A DNA stretch of 64,000 nt, from the NCBI GenBank assembly GCA_964057225.1, contig CAXKVF010000082.1, forward strand, positions 186,001-250,000, given 5' to 3'. The DNA is from Auanema rhodensis (lineage: Eukaryota; Animalia; Nematoda). The notes under the pieces were generated by a model, which ran no database searches, had not been told where the DNA came from, and saw only the letters and a list, made by a program, of their open reading frames with translations. The position numbers were made by a program, and so were the translations under genes. This document shows positions 43,649 to 58,080 of this stretch, piece by piece. The stretch's first letter is position 1, and each line of letters begins with the position of its first letter.

Positions 43649-46600
43649 AAGTCATGGTTACCATGAACCAATATCAATAAAAATTTATTTTTAGACTAAT
43701 ATGGACATGGGGAATCTAATTTTGAAAACCGCATTTCTTTATCTTTCACGTGAAGCGAGTTACATACCAAGTGCACATCACGTGTACATTTAATTAGCAT
43801 AAATTAAAGTTCACGTAAAATTCAAAGTCATGGTTACCATGCACCAATATCAATAAAAATTTGTTTTTAGACTAATATGGACATGGAGAATCTAATTTTG
43901 AAAACCGCATCTCTTTATCTTTCACGTGAAGCGAGTTACATACCAAGTGCACATCACGTGTACATTTAATTAGCATAAATTAAAGTTCACGTAAATTTCA
44001 AAGTCATGGTTACCATGAACCAATATCAATAAAAATTTGTTTTTAGACTAATATGGACATGGGGAATCTAATTTTGAAAACCGCATCTCTTTATCTTTCA
44101 CGTGAAGCGAGTTACATACCAAGTGCTTATCACGTGTACATTTAATTAGCATAAATTAAAGTTCACGTAAATTTCAAAGTCATGGTTACCATGAACCAAT
44201 ATCAATAAAAATTTGTTTTTAGACTAATATGGACATGGGGAATCTAATTTTGAAAACCGCATCTCTTTATCTTTCATGTGAAGCGAGTTACATACCAAGT
44301 GCACATCACGTGTACATTTAATTAGCATAAATTAAAGTTCACGTAAATTTCAAAGTCATGGTTACCATGCACCAATATCAATAAAAATTTGTTTTTAGAC
44401 TAATATGGACATGGGGAATCTAATTTTGAAAACCGCATCTCTTTATCTTTCACGTGAAGCGAGTTACATACCAAGTGCACATCACGTGTACATTTAATTA
44501 GCATAAATTAAAGTTCACGTAAATTTCAAAGTCATGGTTACCATGAACCTATATCAATAAAAATTTGTTTTTAGACTAATATGGACATGGGGAATCTAAT
44601 TTTGAAAACCGCATCTCTTTATCTTTCACGTGAAGCGAGTTACATACCAAGTGCACATCACGTGTACATTTAATTAGCATAAATTAAAGTTCACGTAAAT
44701 TTCAAAGTCATGGTTACCATGAACCTATATCAATAAAAATTTGTTTTTAGACTAATATGGACATGGGGAATCTAATTTTGAAAACCGCATCTCTTTATCT
44801 TTCACGTGAAGCGAGTTACATACCAAGTGCACATCACGTGTACATTTAATTAGCATAAATTAAAGTTCACGTAAATTTCAAAGTCATGGTTACCATGCAC
44901 CAATATCAATAAAAATTTGTTTTTAGACTAATATGGACATGGGGAATCTAATTTTGAAAACCGCATCTCTTTATCTTTCACGTGAAGCGAGTTACATACC
45001 AAGTGCACATCACGTGTACATTTAATTAGCATAAATTAAAGTTCACGTAAATTTCAAAGTCATGGTTACCATGAACCAATATCAATAAAAATTTATTTTT
45101 AGACTAATATGGACATGGGGAATCTAATTTTGAAAACCGCATTTCTTTATCTTTCACGTGAAGCGAGTTACATACCAAGTGCACATCACGTGTACATTTA
45201 ATTAGCATAAATTAAAGTTCACGTAAAATTCAAAGTCATGGTTACCATGCACCAATATCAATAAAAATTTGTTTTTAGACTAATATGGACATGGAGAATC
45301 TAATTTTGAAAACCGCATCTCTTTATCTTTCACGTGAAGCGAGTTACATACCAAGTGCACATCACGTGTACATTTAATTAGCATAAATTAAAGTTCACGT
45401 AAATTTCAAAGTCATGGTTACCATGAACCAATATCAATAAAAATTTGTTTTTAGACTAATATGGACATGGGGAATCTAATTTTGAAAACCGCATCTCTTT
45501 ATCTTTCACGTGAAGCGAGTTACATACCAAGTGCTTATCACGTGTACATTTAATTAGCATAAATTAAAGTTCACGTAAATTTCAAAGTCATGGTTACCAT
45601 GAACCAATATCAATAAAAATTTGTTTTTAGACTAATATGGACATGGGGAATCTAATTTTGAAAACCGCATCTCTTTATCTTTCACGTGAAGCGAGTTACA
45701 TACCAAGTGCACATCACGTGTACATTTAATTAGCATAAATTAAAGTTCACGTAAATTTCAAAGTCATGGTTACCATGCACCAATATCAATAAAAATTTGT
45801 TTTTAGACTAATATGGACATGGGGAATCTAATTTTGAAAACCGCATCTCTTTATCTTTCACGTGAAGCGAGTTACATACCAAGTGCACATCACGTGTACA
45901 TTTAATTAGCATAAATTAAAGTTCACGTAAATTTCAAAGTCATGGTTACCATGAACCTATATCAATAAAAATTTGTTTTTAGACTAATATGGACATGGGG
46001 AATCTAATTTTGAAAACCGCATCTCTTTATCTTTCACGTGAAGCGAGTTACATACCAAGTGCACATCACGTGTACATTTAATTAGCATAAATTAAAGTTC
46101 ACGTAAATTTCAAAGTCATGGTTACCATGAACCTATATCAATAAAAATTTGTTTTTAGACTAATATGGACATGGGGAATCTAATTTTGAAAACCGCATCT
46201 CTTTATCTTTCACGTGAAGCGAGTTACATACCAAGTGCACATCACGTGTACATTTAATTAGCATAAATTAAAGTTCACGTAAATTTCAAAGTCATGGTTA
46301 CCATGCACCAATATCAATAAAAATTTGTTTTTAGACTAATATGGACATGGGGAATCTAATTTTGAAAACCGCATCTCTTTATCTTTCACGTGAAGCGAGT
46401 TACATACCAAGTGCACATCACGTGTACATTTAATTAGCATAAATTAAAGTTCACGTAAATTTCAAAGTCATGGTTACCATGAACCAATATCAATAAAAAT
46501 TTGTTTTTAGACCAATATGGACATGGGGAATCTAATTTTGAAAACCGCATCTCTTTATCTTTCACGTGAAGCGAGTTACATACCAAGTGCACATCACGTG

Positions 46601-49600
46601 TACATTTAATTAGCATAAATTAAAGTTCACGTAAATTTCAAAGTCATGGTTACCATGAACCAATATCAATAAAAATTTGTTTTTAGACTAATATGGACAT
46701 GGGGAATCTAATTTTGAAAACCGCATCTCTTTATCTTTCACGTGAAGCGAGTTACATACCAAGTGCACATCACGTGTACATTTAATTAGCATAAATTAAA
46801 GTTCACGTAAATTTCAAAGTCATGGTTACCATGAACCAATATCAATAAAAATTTATTTTTAGACTAATATGGACATGGGGAATCTAATTTTGAAAACCGC
46901 ATTTCTTTATCTTTCACGTGAAGCGAGTTACATACCAAGTGCACATCACGTGTACATTTAATTAGCATAAATTAAAGTTCACGTAAAATTCAAAGTCATG
47001 GTTACCATGCACCAATATCAATAAAAATTTGTTTTTAGACTAATATGGACATGGAGAATCTAATTTTGAAAACCGCATCTCTTTATCTTTCACGTGAAGC
47101 GAGTTACATACCAAGTGCACATCACGTGTACATTTAATTAGCATAAATTAAAGTTCACGTAAATTTCAAAGTCATGGTTACCATGAACCAATATCAATAA
47201 AAATTTGTTTTTAGACTAATATGGACATGGGGAATCTAATTTTGAAAACCGCATCTCTTTATCTTTCACGTGAAGCGAGTTACATACCAAGTGCTTATCA
47301 CGTGTACATTTAATTAGCATAAATTAAAGTTCACGTAAATTTCAAAGTCATGGTTACCATGAACCAATATCAATAAAAATTTGTTTTTAGACTAATATGG
47401 ACATGGGGAATCTAATTTTGAAAACCGCATCTCTTTATCTTTCACGTGAAGCGAGTTACATACCAAGTGCACATCACGTGTACATTTAATTAGCATAAAT
47501 TAAAGTTCACGTAAATTTCAAAGTCATGGTTACCATGCACCAATATCAATAAAAATTTGTTTTTAGATTAATATGGACATGGGGAATCTAATTTTGAAAA
47601 CCGCATCTCTTTATCTTTCACGTGAAGCGAGTTACATACCAAGTGCACATCACGTGTACATTTAATTAGCATAAATTAAAGTTCACGTAAATTTCAAAGT
47701 CATGGTTACCATGAACCTATATCAATAAAAATTTGTTTTTAGACTAATATGGACATGGGGAATCTAATTTTGAAAACCGCATCTCTTTATCTTTCACGTG
47801 AAGCGAGTTACATACCAAGTGCACATCACGTGTACATTTAATTAGCATAAATTAAAGTTCACGTAAATTTCAAAGTCATGGTTACCATGAACCTATATCA
47901 ATAAAAATTTGTTTTTAGACTAATATGGACATGGGGAATCTAATTTTGAAAACCGCATCTCTTTATCTTTCACGTGAAGCGAGTTACATACCAAGTGCAC
48001 ATCACGTGTACATTTAATTAGCATAAATTAAAGTTCACGTAAATTTCAAAGTCATGGTTACCATGCACCAATATCAATAAAAATTTGTTTTTAGACTAAT
48101 ATGGACATGGGGAATCTAATTTTGAAAACCGCATCTCTTTATCTTTCACGTGAAGCGAGTTACATACCAAGTGCACATCACGTGTACATTTAATTAGCAT
48201 AAATTAAAGTTCACGTAAATTTCAAAGTCATGGTTACCATGCACCAATATCAATAAAAATTTGTTTTTAGACTAATATGGACATGGGGAATCTAATTTTG
48301 AAAACCGCATCTCTTTATCTTTCACGTGAAGCGAGTTACATACCAAGTGCACATCACTTGTACATTTAATTAGCATAAATTAAAGTTCACGTAAATTTCA
48401 AAGTCATGGTTACCATGAACCAATATCAATAAAAATTTATTTTTAGACTAATATGGACATGGGGAATCTAATTTTGAAAACCGCATTTCTTTATCTTTCA
48501 CGTGAAGCGAGTTACATACCAAGTGCACATCACGTGTACATTTAATTAGCATAAATTAAAGTTCACGTAAAATTCAAAGTCATGGTTACCATGCACCAAT
48601 ATCAATAAAAATTTGTTTTTAGACTAATATGGACATGGAGAATCTAATTTTGAAAACCGCATCTCTTTATCTTTCACGTGAAGCGAGTTACATACCAAGT
48701 GCACATCACGTGTACATTTAATTAGCATAAATTAAAGTTCACGTAAATTTCAAAGTCATGGTTACCATGAACCAATATCAATAAAAATTTGTTTTTAGAC
48801 TAATATGGACATGGGGAATCTAATTTTGAAAACCGCATCTCTTTATCTTTCACGTGAAGCGAGTTACATACCAAGTGCTTATCACGTGTACATTTAATTA
48901 GCATAAATTAAAGTTCACGTAAATTTCAAAGTCATGGTTACCATGAACCAATATCAATAAAAATTTGTTTTTAGACTAATATGGACATGGGGAATCTAAT
49001 TTTGAAAACCGCATCTCTTTATCTTTCACGTGAAGCGAGTTACATACCAAGTGCACATCACGTGTACATTTAATTAGCATAAATTAAAGTTCACGTAAAT
49101 TTCAAAGTCATGGTTACCATGCACCAATATCAATAAAAATTTGTTTTTAGACTAATATGGACATGGGGAATCTAATTTTGAAAACCGCATCTCTTTATCT
49201 TTCACGTGAAGCGAGTTACATACCAAGTGCACATCACGTGTACATTTAATTAGCATAAATTAAAGTTCACGTAAATTTCAAAGTCATGGTTACCATGAAC
49301 CTATATCAATAAAAATTTGTTTTTAGACTAATATGGACATGGGGAATCTAATTTTGAAAACCGCATCTCTTTATCTTTCACGTGAAGCGAGTTACATACC
49401 AAGTGCACATCACGTGTACATTTAATTAGCATAAATTAAAGTTCACGTAAATTTCAAAGTCATGGTTACCATGAACCTATATCAATAAAAATTTGTTTTT
49501 AGACTAATATGGACATGGGGAATCTAATTTTGAAAACCGCATCTCTTTATCTTTCACGTGAAGCGAGTTACATACCAAGTGCACATCACGTGTACATTTA

Positions 49601-49808
49601 ATTAGCATAAATTAAAGTTCACGTAAATTTCAAAGTCATGGTTACCATGCACCAATATCAATAAAAATTTGTTTTTAGACTAATATGGACATGGGGAATC
49701 TAATTTTGAAAACCGCATCTCTTTATCTTTCACGTGAAGCGAGTTACATACCAAGTGCACATCACGTGTACATTTAATTAGCATAAATTAAAGTTCACGT
49801 AAATTTCA
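43649..49808. repeat. Higher-order repeat with an 8-monomer core, four copies (periods 8, 10 and 9 monomers)
   Basis: The core [G39A+C87T+T172A][A18C+G63A][AC127-128TT][cons][A18C][A22T][A22T][A18C] starts at 43649, 45057, 46817 and 48401. Confidence 0.9.
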
Positions 49809-52800
49809 AAGTCATGGTTACCATGAACCAATATCAATAAAAATTTGTTTTTAGACCAATATGGACATGGGGAATCTAATTTTGAAAACCGCATCTCTTT
49901 ATCTTTCACGTGAAGCGAGTTACATACCAAGTGCACATCACGTGTACATTTAATTAGCATAAATTAAAGTTCACGTAAATTTCAAAGTCATGGTTACCAT
50001 GAACCAATATCAATAAAAATTTGTTTTTAGACTAATATGGACATGGGGAATCTAATTTTGAAAACCGCATCTTTTTATCTTTCACGTGAAGCGAGTTACA
50101 TACCAAGTGCACATCACGTGTACATTTAATTAGCATAAATTAAAGTTCACGTAAATTTCAAAGTCATGGTTACCATGAACCTATATCAATAAAAATTTGT
50201 TTTTAGACTAATATGGACATGGGGAATCTAATTTTGAAAACCGCATCTCTTTAGCTTTCACGTGAAGCGAGTTACATACCAAGTGCACATCACGTGTACA
50301 TTTAATTAGCATAAATTAAAGTTCACGTAAATTTCAAAGTCATGGTTACCATGAACCAATATCAATAAAAATTTGTTTCTAGACTAATATGGACATGGGG
50401 AATCTAATTTTGAAAACCGCATCTCTTTATCTTTCACGTGAAGCGAGTTACATACCAAGTGCACATCACGTGTACATTTAATTAGCATAAATTAAAGTTC
50501 ACGTAAATTTCAAAGTCATGGTTACCATGAACCAATATCAATGAAAATTTGTTTTTAGACTAATATGGACATGGGGAATCTAATTTTGGAAACCGCATCT
50601 CTTTATCTTTCACGTGAAGCGAGTTACATACCAAGTGCACATCACGTGTACATTTAATTAGCATAAATTAAAGTTCACGTAAATTTCAAAGTCATGGTTA
50701 CCATGAAGCAATATCAATAAAAATTTGTTTTTAGACTAATATGGACATGTGGAATCTAATTTTGAAAACCGCATCTCTTTATCTTTCACGTGAAGCGAGT
50801 TACATACCAAGTGCACATCACGTGTACATTTAATTAGCATAAATTAAAGTTCACGTAAATTTCAAAGTCATGGTTACCATGAACCAATATCAATAAAAAT
50901 TTGTTTTTAGACTAATATGGACATGGGGAATCTAATTTTGAAAACCGCATCTCTTTATCTTTCACGTGAAGCGAGTTACATACCAAGTGCACATCACGTG
51001 TACATTTAATTAGCATAAATTAAAGTTCACGTAAATTTCAAAGTCATGGTTACCATAAACCAATATCAATAAAAATTTGTTTTTAGACTAATATGGACAT
51101 GGGGAATCTAATTTTGAAAACCGCATTTCTTTATCTTTCACGTGAAGCGAGTTACATACCAAGTGCACATCACGTGTACATTTAATTAGCATAAATTAAA
51201 GTTCACGTAAATTTCAAAGTCATGGTTACCATGCACCAATATCAATAAAAATTTGTTTTTAGACTAATATGGACATGGGGAATCTAATTTTGAAAACCGC
51301 ATCTCTTTATCTTTCACGTGAAGCGAGTTACATACCAAGTGCACATCACGTGTACATTTAATTAGCATAAATTAAAGTTCACGTAAATTTCAAAGTCATG
51401 GTTACCATGAACCAATATCAATAAAAATTTGTTTTTAGACCAATATGGACATGGGGAATCTAATTTTGAAAACCGCATCTCTTTATCTTTCACGTGAAGC
51501 GAGTTACATACCAAGTGCACATCACGTGTACATTTAATTAGCATAAATTAAAGTTCACGTAAATTTCAAAGTCATGGTTACCATGAAGCAATATCAATAA
51601 AAATTTGTTTTTAGACTAATATGGACATGTGGAATCTAATTTTGAAAACCGCATCTCTTTATCTTTCACGTGAAGCGAGTTACATACCAAGTGCACATCA
51701 CGTGTACATTTAATTAGCATAAATTAAAGTTCACGTAAATTTCAAAGTCATGGTTACCATGAACCAATATCAATAAAAATTTGTTTTTAGACTAATATGG
51801 ACATGGGGAATCTAATTTTGAAAACCGCATCTCTTTATCTTTCACGTGAAGCGAGTTACATACCAAGTGCACATCACGTGTACATTTAATTAGCATAAAT
51901 TAAAGTTCACGTAAATTTCAAAGTCATGGTTACCATAAACCAATATCAATAAAAATTTGTTTTTAGACTAATATGGACATGGGGAATCTAATTTTGAAAA
52001 CCGCATTTCTTTATCTTTCACGTGAAGCGAGTTACATACCAAGTGCACATCACGTGTACATTTAATTAGCATAAATTAAAGTTCACGTAAATTTCAAAGT
52101 CATGGTTACCATGCACCAATATCAATAAAAATTTGTTTTTAGACTAATATGGACATGGGGAATCTAATTTTGAAAACCGCATCTCTTTATCTTTCACGTG
52201 AAGCGAGTTACATACCAAGTGCACATCACGTGTACATTTAATTAGCATAAATTAAAGTTCACGTAAATTTCAAAGTCATGGTTACCATGAACCAATATCA
52301 ATAAAAATTTGTTTTTAGACCAATATGGACATGGGGAATCTAATTTTGAAAACCGCATCTCTTTATCTTTCACGTGAAGCGAGTTACATACCAAGTGCAC
52401 ATCACGTGTACATTTAATTAGCATAAATTAAAGTTCACGTAAATTTCAAAGTCATGGTTACCATGAACCAATATCAATAAAAATTTGTTTTTAGACTAAT
52501 ATGGACATGGGGAATCTAATTTTGAAAACCGCATCTTTTTATCTTTCACGTGAAGCGAGTTACATACCAAGTGCACATCACGTGTACATTTAATTAGCAT
52601 AAATTAAAGTTCACGTAAATTTCAAAGTCATGGTTACCATGAACCTATATCAATAAAAATTTGTTTTTAGACTAATATGGACATGGGGAATCTAATTTTG
52701 AAAACCGCATCTCTTTATCTTTCACGTGAAGCGAGTTACATACCAAGTGCACATCACGTGTACATTTAATTAGCATAAATTAAAGTTCACGTAAATTTCA

Positions 52801-53680
52801 AAGTCATGGTTACCATGAACCAATATCAATAAAAATTTGTTTCTAGACTAATATGGACATGGGGAATCTAATTTTGAAAACCGCATCTCTTTATCTTTCA
52901 CGTGAAGCGAGTTACATACCAAGTGCACATCACGTGTACATTTAATTAGCATAAATTAAAGTTCACGTAAATTTCAAAGTCATGGTTACCATGAACCAAT
53001 ATCAATGAAAATTTGTTTTTAGACTAATATGGACATGGGGAATCTAATTTTGGAAACCGCATCTCTTTATCTTTCACGTGAAGCGAGTTACATACCAAGT
53101 GCACATCACGTGTACATTTAATTAGCATAAATTAAAGTTCACGTAAATTTCAAAGTCATGGTTACCATGAAGCAATATCAATAAAAATTTGTTTTTAGAC
53201 TAATATGGACATGTGGAATCTAATTTTGAAAACCGCATCTCTTTATCTTTCACGTGAAGCGAGTTACATACCAAGTGCACATCACGTGTACATTTAATTA
53301 GCATAAATTAAAGTTCACGTAAATTTCAAAGTCATGGTTACCATGAACCAATATCAATAAAAATTTGTTTTTAGACTAATATGGACATGGGGAATCTAAT
53401 TTTGAAAACCGCATCTCTTTATCTTTCACGTGAAGCGAGTTACATACCAAGTGCACATCACGTGTACATTTAATTAGCATAAATTAAAGTTCACGTAAAT
53501 TTCAAAGTCATGGTTACCATAAACCAATATCAATAAAAATTTGTTTTTAGACTAATATGGACATGGGGAATCTAATTTTGAAAACCGCATTTCTTTATCT
53601 TTCACGTGAAGCGAGTTACATACCAAGTGCACATCACGTGTACATTTAATTAGCATAAATTAAAGTTCACGTAAATTTCA
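49633..53680. repeat. Higher-order repeat in a 9-mer / 5-mer / 9-mer arrangement
   Basis: M283-291 match M297-305 (A18C; T49C; C89T; A22T; T43C; A31G+A77G; C20G+G62T; cons; G17A+C87T), apart from one private SNP (T94G in M286). M292-296 is the same unit lacking four internal monomers. Confidence 0.87.
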
Positions 53681-56600
53681 AAGTCATGGTTACCATGAAC
53701 CAATATCAATAAAAATTTGTTTTTAGACTAATATGGACATGGGGAATCTAATTTTGAAAACCGCATCTCTTTATCTTTCACGTGAAGCAAGTTACATACC
53801 AAGTGCACATCACGTGTACATTTAATTAGCATAAATTAAAGTTCACGTAAATTTCAAAGTGATGGTTACCATGAACCAATATCAATAAAAATTTGTTTTT
53901 AGACTAATATGGACATGGGGAATCTAATTTTGAAAACCGCATCTCTTTATCTTTCACGTGAAGCGAGTTACATACCAAGTGCACATCACGTGTACATTTA
54001 ATTAGCATAAATTAAAGTTCACGTAAATTTCAAAGTCATGGTTACCATGAACCAATATCAATAAAAATTTGTTTTTAGACTAATATGGACATGGGGAATC
54101 TAATTTTGAAAACCGCATCTCTTTATCTTTCACGTGAAGCGAGTTACATACCAAGTGCACATCACGTGTACATTTAATTAGCATAAATTAAAGTTCACGT
54201 AAATTTCAAAGTCATGGTTACCATGAACCAATATCAATAAAAATTTGTTTTTAGACTAATATGGACATGGGGAATCTAATTTTGAAAACCGCATCTCTTT
54301 ATCTTTCACGTGAAGCGAGTTACATACCAAGTGCACATCACGTGTACATTTAATTAGCATAAATTAAAGTTCACGTAAATTTCAAAGTCATGGTTACCAT
54401 GAACCAATATCAATAAAAATTTGTTTTTAGACTAATATGGACATGGGGAATCTAATTTTGAAAACCGCATCTCTTTATCTTTCACGTGAAGCGAGTTACA
54501 TACCAAGTGCACATCACGTGTACATTTAATTAGCATAAATTAACGTTCACGTAAATTTCAAAGTCATGGTTACCATGAACCAATATCAATAAAAATTTGT
54601 TTTTAGACTAATATGGACATGGGGAATCTAATTTTGAAAACCGCATTTCTTTATCTTTCACGTGAAGCGAGTTACATACCAAGTGCACATCACGTGTACA
54701 TTTAATTAGCATAAATTAAAGTTCACGTAAATTTCAAAGTCATGGTTACCATGAACCAATATCAATAAAAATTTGTTTTTAGACTAATATGGACATGGGG
54801 AATCTAATTTTGAAAACCGCATCTCTTTATCTTTCACGTGAAGCGAGTTACATACCAAGTGCACATCACGTGTTTATTTAATTAGCATAAATTAAAGTTC
54901 ACGTAAATTTCAAAGTCATGGTTACCATGAACCTATATCAATAAAAATTTGTTTTTAGACTAATATGGACATGGGGAATCTAATTTTGAAAACCGCATCT
55001 CTTTATCTTTCACGTGAAGCGAGTTACATACCAAGTGCACATCACGTGTACATTTAATTAGCATAAATTAAAGTTCACGTAAATTTCAAAGTCATGGTTA
55101 CCATGCACCAATATCAATAAAAATTGGTTTTTAGACTAATATGGACATGGGGAATCTAATTTTGAAAACCGCATCTCTTTATCTTTCACGTGAAGCGAGT
55201 TACATACCAAGTGCACATCACGTGTACATTTAATTAGCATAAATTAAAGTTCACGTAAATTTCAAAGTCATGGTTACCATGAACCAATATCAATAAAAAT
55301 TTGTTTTTAGACTAATATGGACATGGGGAATCTAATTTTGAAAACCGCATCTCTTTATCTTTCACGTGAAGCGAGTTACATACCAAGTGCACATCACGTG
55401 TACATTTAATTAGCATAAATTAAAGTTCACGTAAATTTCAAAGTCATGGTTACCATGCACCAATATCAATAAAAATTTGTTTTTAGACTAATATGGACAT
55501 GGGGAATCTAATTTTGAAAACCGCATCTCTTTATCTTTCACGTGAAGCGAGTTACATACCAAGTGCACATCACGTGTACATTTAATTAGCATAAATTAAA
55601 GTTCACGTAAATTTCAAAGTCATGGTTACCATGAACCAATATCAATAAAAATTTGTTTTTAGACTAATATGGACATGGGGAATCTAATTTTGAAAACCGC
55701 ATCTCTTTATCTTTCACGTGAAGCGAGTTACATACCAAGTGCACATCACGTGTACATTTAATTAGCATAAATTAAAGTTCACGTAAATTTCAAAGTCATG
55801 GTTACCATGAACCTATATCAATAAAAATTTGTTTTTAGACTAATATGGACATGGGGAATCTAATTTTGAAAACCGCATCTCTTTATCTTTCACGTGAAGC
55901 GAGTTACATACCAAGTGCACATCACGTGTACATTTAATTAGCATAAATTAAAGTTCACGTAAATTTCAAAGTCATGGTTACCATGCACCAATATCAATAA
56001 AAATTTGTTTTTTGACTAATATGGACATGGGGAATCTAATTTTGAAAACCGCATCTCTTTATCTTTCACGTGAAGCGAGTTACATACCAAGTGCACATCA
56101 CGTGTACATTTAATTAGCATAAATTAAAGTTCACGTAAATTTCAAAGTCATGGTTACCATGAACCAATATCAATAAAAATTTGTTTTTAGACTAATATGG
56201 ACATGGGGAATCTAATTTTGAAAACCGCATTTCTTTATCTTTCACGTGAAGCGAGTTACATACCAAGTGCACATCACGTGTACATTTAATTAGCATAAAT
56301 TAAAGTTCACGTAAAATTCAAAGTCATGGTTACCATGCACCAATATCAATAAAAATTTGTTTTTAGACTAATATGGACATGGAGAATCTAATTTTGAAAA
56401 CCGCATCTCTTTATCTTTCACGTGAAGCGAGTTACATACCAAGTGCACATCACGTGTACATTTAATTAGCATAAATTAAAGTTCACGTAAATTTCAAAGT
56501 CATGGTTACCATGAACCAATATCAATAAAAATTTGTTTTTAGACTAATATGGACATGGGGAATCTAATTTTGTAAACCGCATCTCTTTATCTTTCACGTG

Positions 56601-58080
56601 AAGCGAGTTACATACCAAGTGCTTATCACGTGTACATTTAATTAGCATAAATTAAAGTTCACGTAAATTTCAAAGTCATGGTTACCATGAACCAATATCA
56701 ATAAAAATTTGTTTTTAGACTAATATGGACATGGGGAATCTAATTTTGAAAACCGCATCTCTTTATCTTTCACGTGAAGCGAGTTACATACCAAGTGCTT
56801 ATCACGTGTACATTTAATTAGCATAAATTAAAGTTCACGTAAATTTCAAAGTCATGGTTACCATGAACCAATATCAATAAAAATTTGTTTTTAGACTAAT
56901 ATGGACATGGGGAATCTAATTTTGAAAACCGCATCTCTTTATCTTTCACGTGAAGCGAGTTACATACCAAGTGCACATCACGTGTACATTTAATTAGCAT
57001 AAATTAAAGTTCACGTAAATTTCAAAGTCATGGTTACCATGCACCAATATCAATAAAAATTTGTTTTTAGACTAATATGGACATGGGGAATCTAATTTTG
57101 AAAACCGCATCTCTTTATCTTTCACGTGAAGCGAGTTACATACCAAGTGCACATCACGTGTACATTTAATTAGCATAAATTAAAGTTCACGTAAATTTCA
57201 AAGTCATGGTTACCATGAACCTATATCAATAAAAATTTGTTTTTAGACTAATATGGACATGGGGAATCTAATTTTGAAAACCGCATCTCTTTATCTTTCA
57301 CGTGAAGCGAGTTACATACCAAGTGCACATCACGTGTACATTTAATTAGCATAAATTAAAGTTCACGTAAATTTCAAAGTCATGGTTACCATGAACCTAT
57401 ATCAATAAAAATTTGTTTTTAGACTAATATGGACATGGGGAATCTAATTTTGAAAACCGCATCTCTTTATCTTTCACGTGAAGCGAGTTACATACCAAGT
57501 GCACATCACGTGTACATTTAATTAGCATAAATTAAAGTTCACGTAAATTTCAAAGTCATGGTTACCATGCACCAATATCAATAAAAATTTGTTTTTAGAC
57601 TAATATGGACATGGGGAATCTAATTTTGAAAACCGCATCTCTTTATCTTTCACGTGAAGCGAGTTACATACCAAGTGCACATCACGTGTACATTTAATTA
57701 GCATAAATTAAAGTTCACGTAAATTTCAAAGTCATGGTTACCATGAACCAATATCAATAAAAATTTGTTTTTAGACTAATATGGACATGGGGAATCTAAT
57801 TTTGAAAACCGCATCTCTTTATCTTTCACGTGAAGCGAGTTACATACCAAGTGCACATCACGTGTACATTTAATTAGCATAAATTAAAGTTCACGTAAAT
57901 TTCAAAGTCATGGTTACCATGCACCAATATCAATAAAAATTTGTTTTTAGACTAATATGGACATGGGGAATCTAATTTTGAAAACCGCATCTCTTTATCT
58001 TTCACGTGAAGCGAGTTACATACCAAGTGCACATCACGTGTACATTTAATTAGCATAAATTAAAGTTCACGTAAATTTCA

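Noticed and set aside
46434-52424. Four identical 60-aa minus-strand ORFs (46434, 49778, 51362, 52242)
   Set aside because: Each exists only because SNP T49C (46513, 49857, 51441, 52321) changes a minus-strand TAG to TGG. They are translated satellite of about one monomer in length, with no recognisable domain.
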